Source: the human T2T-CHM13v2.0 reference genome, Homo sapiens. From it: 64,000 nucleotides of DNA. Positions within the stretch are counted from its first letter, which is position 1. Each line of letters begins with the position of its first letter. The stretch lies in NCBI RefSeq assembly GCF_009914755.1, contig NC_060928.1. The stretch is one strand, 5' to 3'. The translations under genes and the position numbers were made by a program. Of the stretch, positions 58,502-64,000 are shown one piece after another. Below the pieces are notes generated by a model. That model ran no database searches. It saw only the letters and a list, made by a program, of their open reading frames with translations, and was not told where the DNA came from.

Positions 58502-59899
58502 TCAATTAGAAGTGGGAATTACTGGTGATGTGGATGTTCAGCTTGGATACATATTGCCATAGCTTTCCAAAGTACTTTTGCAAATTTATAGTCTTACCAT
58601 CAGCATATAAGAATTCCTTTGGTTCCATATCCTTGATAGTAGTTGGTGGTGTCAATTATATAGACGATTTTTTACTGACCATATAGTAGTTGATCCTACA
58701 TATGAACAATAGTATGTGTAATCAGTCTTCAATATTGTGTATAGGCTGTCATCTTTCCTTATTTTAAACAGGACTAAAATGAACATTATTGTAGCTGGCT
58801 TATATCCTTATTTCCTTGAACTAAATTCTGCAAATAAAATTGTTGGATCAAAGACTATATACACTTTTTAAAGATTTGCTTTCGATAAAGATCATCCAAA
58901 GCCTCATTAGAAGGCTTGCACCAATCTATCCCCCTACTAGCTATGTGTAAGAATGTCTGCCTACCCTAATCGTTGGTATAAGTTGTGTTTGTAAACTTTG
59001 CTAAAATTGATAGGCAAAATGTTATCTTTTTGTTTTAATGTATCTATGAACACTCGTGCGTGTCTATGTTTTTTCATGTGTTTATTGGATATTTGTATTC
59101 TTTTGTGAGTTACTTATTCAGGTCCTCTTCTATTATCTTTTTCTATGCTGTTTTGTAAAAACACTGGATATTGAGGATAGGAATCATTTAACTGCCATCT
59201 ACATTGCAGTTCCTTTTTTTTCTCCCCTTTCTCCCACATTCCTTCCCAGTTACTTTTTATTGTTTGTCTTCAGTTCTAGTTACGGCATGGGTTTATTTTT
59301 TTTTTGAAATTCAGGCTTTTTTCAATGTAGTCAATTCTATATTTTCTTGTGTTATATGACGTTAGCCTTTCTCACTTTAAGATTATATAAATATTCTTTA
59401 TATTTTTTCTACCTCCTCATGGTTTTCTTTTTTACATAAAATTTCAGTACATGGAATTTCATTGTGGTTTATTATGTATAAAGGATACAACTGCTTCTCT
59501 TAATTAGTTGATTTTTACATGGTTTGTCGCCTTACTCTACTTATTTAGAATGCCACCTTTATCCTAAAGGCATCTATCTACTTGATGATCTATTTCTAGG
59601 TTTTTCTGTCTAGTCCTAACAAAAGAACACACTGTTTTAATTATTGTTACTGTATATTATATTTTTAATAGCTTGTAGGGTGTTTCCTTTTTAGGAAAAT
59701 TTGTGTTTTCAGATAACCTTAGAGTTGATTTCAGAAAGTTCTTTTAAAATTATCTGGGTGGAATTTGCTGACTTTTAAAAGCAATTTCCATGAAAAGAAA
59801 TGTGGTATTAACTTCACTATACAAAGTTAAGAAGGAATAAAAATTTAAGAAAGAACAAAAGTATCTCACTTGATGATTATTATTAACTACTCTTAACAG

Positions 59900-60025
59900 G
59901 GGAAAAGAGAAAAACTTCATTGTAGAAAAAACTTCACCCTCAAAACCGTTCCAGCCACTAACTACAATCACCATCTTGTTGGTGCTTCCTCATGTATTGA
60001 AGAATTCCAATCCCAGTTCATTTTT
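59900..60025 (+). CDS. THAP6: THAP6 third coding exon (CDS continues beyond the window)
   Basis: taacag|...|gtaagt; 126 nt, open in phase 0: GKREKLHCRKNFTLKTVPATNYNHHLVGASSCIEEFQSQFIF. Confidence 0.93.
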
Positions 60026-60464
60026 GTAAGTAAATTACTTGCTGAGCTCATGTTAATTCTTTTAAGATGAATATGTCCTCTCCATTACAATCAAATTTTT
60101 CAGAATCCTAGCAAAATCTAGGGGTTAATATGTAATATCTACAAATAATATTGCTTCCTAGAGTCATTGTAATTTATATATATGCAACAGCAAAATAGAG
60201 GTAGTTAATCCTTTGGTTACATATGTAGTTCACTGAAGAAGGCTTTTGCAAGGATATTTCTACCAAGGAAATAATTCTTCCCTCTAACTGCTATAATTTC
60301 CGTATGAAATATGTAATAAAAAATAGCTATTTAAGTTTTCTCAGTCATACACATACAGAGTATTCAAGCTTGCATTTATTTATTCATCTCATTGCTTATT
60401 CATGTTAGAGGCAGGCATGGAATCTAGATCTCTTTTACTATCTTGATTAATACAGGTTTATAAT

Positions 60465-64000
<3,536 letters not shown>

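Overview
Primate (almost certainly human) genomic DNA, AT-rich and mostly interspersed repeats. It holds a head-to-head gene pair sharing a CpG-island promoter near 52.3-53.0 kb. On the minus strand is the complete 9-exon CDS of RCHY1/Pirh2 (52450 down to 20675). The exons splice at canonical GT-AG sites into 786 nt = 261 aa + stop, with CHY zinc finger, RING-H2 and C-terminal zinc domains. On the plus strand are the non-coding first exon and three coding exons of THAP6; its last coding exon lies beyond the window. The rest is L1, Alu (including a very young AluYb8), L2/MIR, MaLR and ERV LTRs, a decayed MER57-like provirus with a tRNA-Leu PBS, DNA-transposon fossils and a ~500 bp AT-rich tandem repeat. 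I found no convincing new multi-gene system. The best leads are small: a dual-frame RCHY1 exon 1, minimal uORFs just upstream of both start codons, a RING-breaking microexon, and mechanistic scars in repeats (twin-priming inversion, Alu-associated deletion, templated fold-back insertions). Exon coordinates were counted by hand. Repeat boundaries without TSDs are approximate, and subfamily names come from recalled consensus sequences, not a search.
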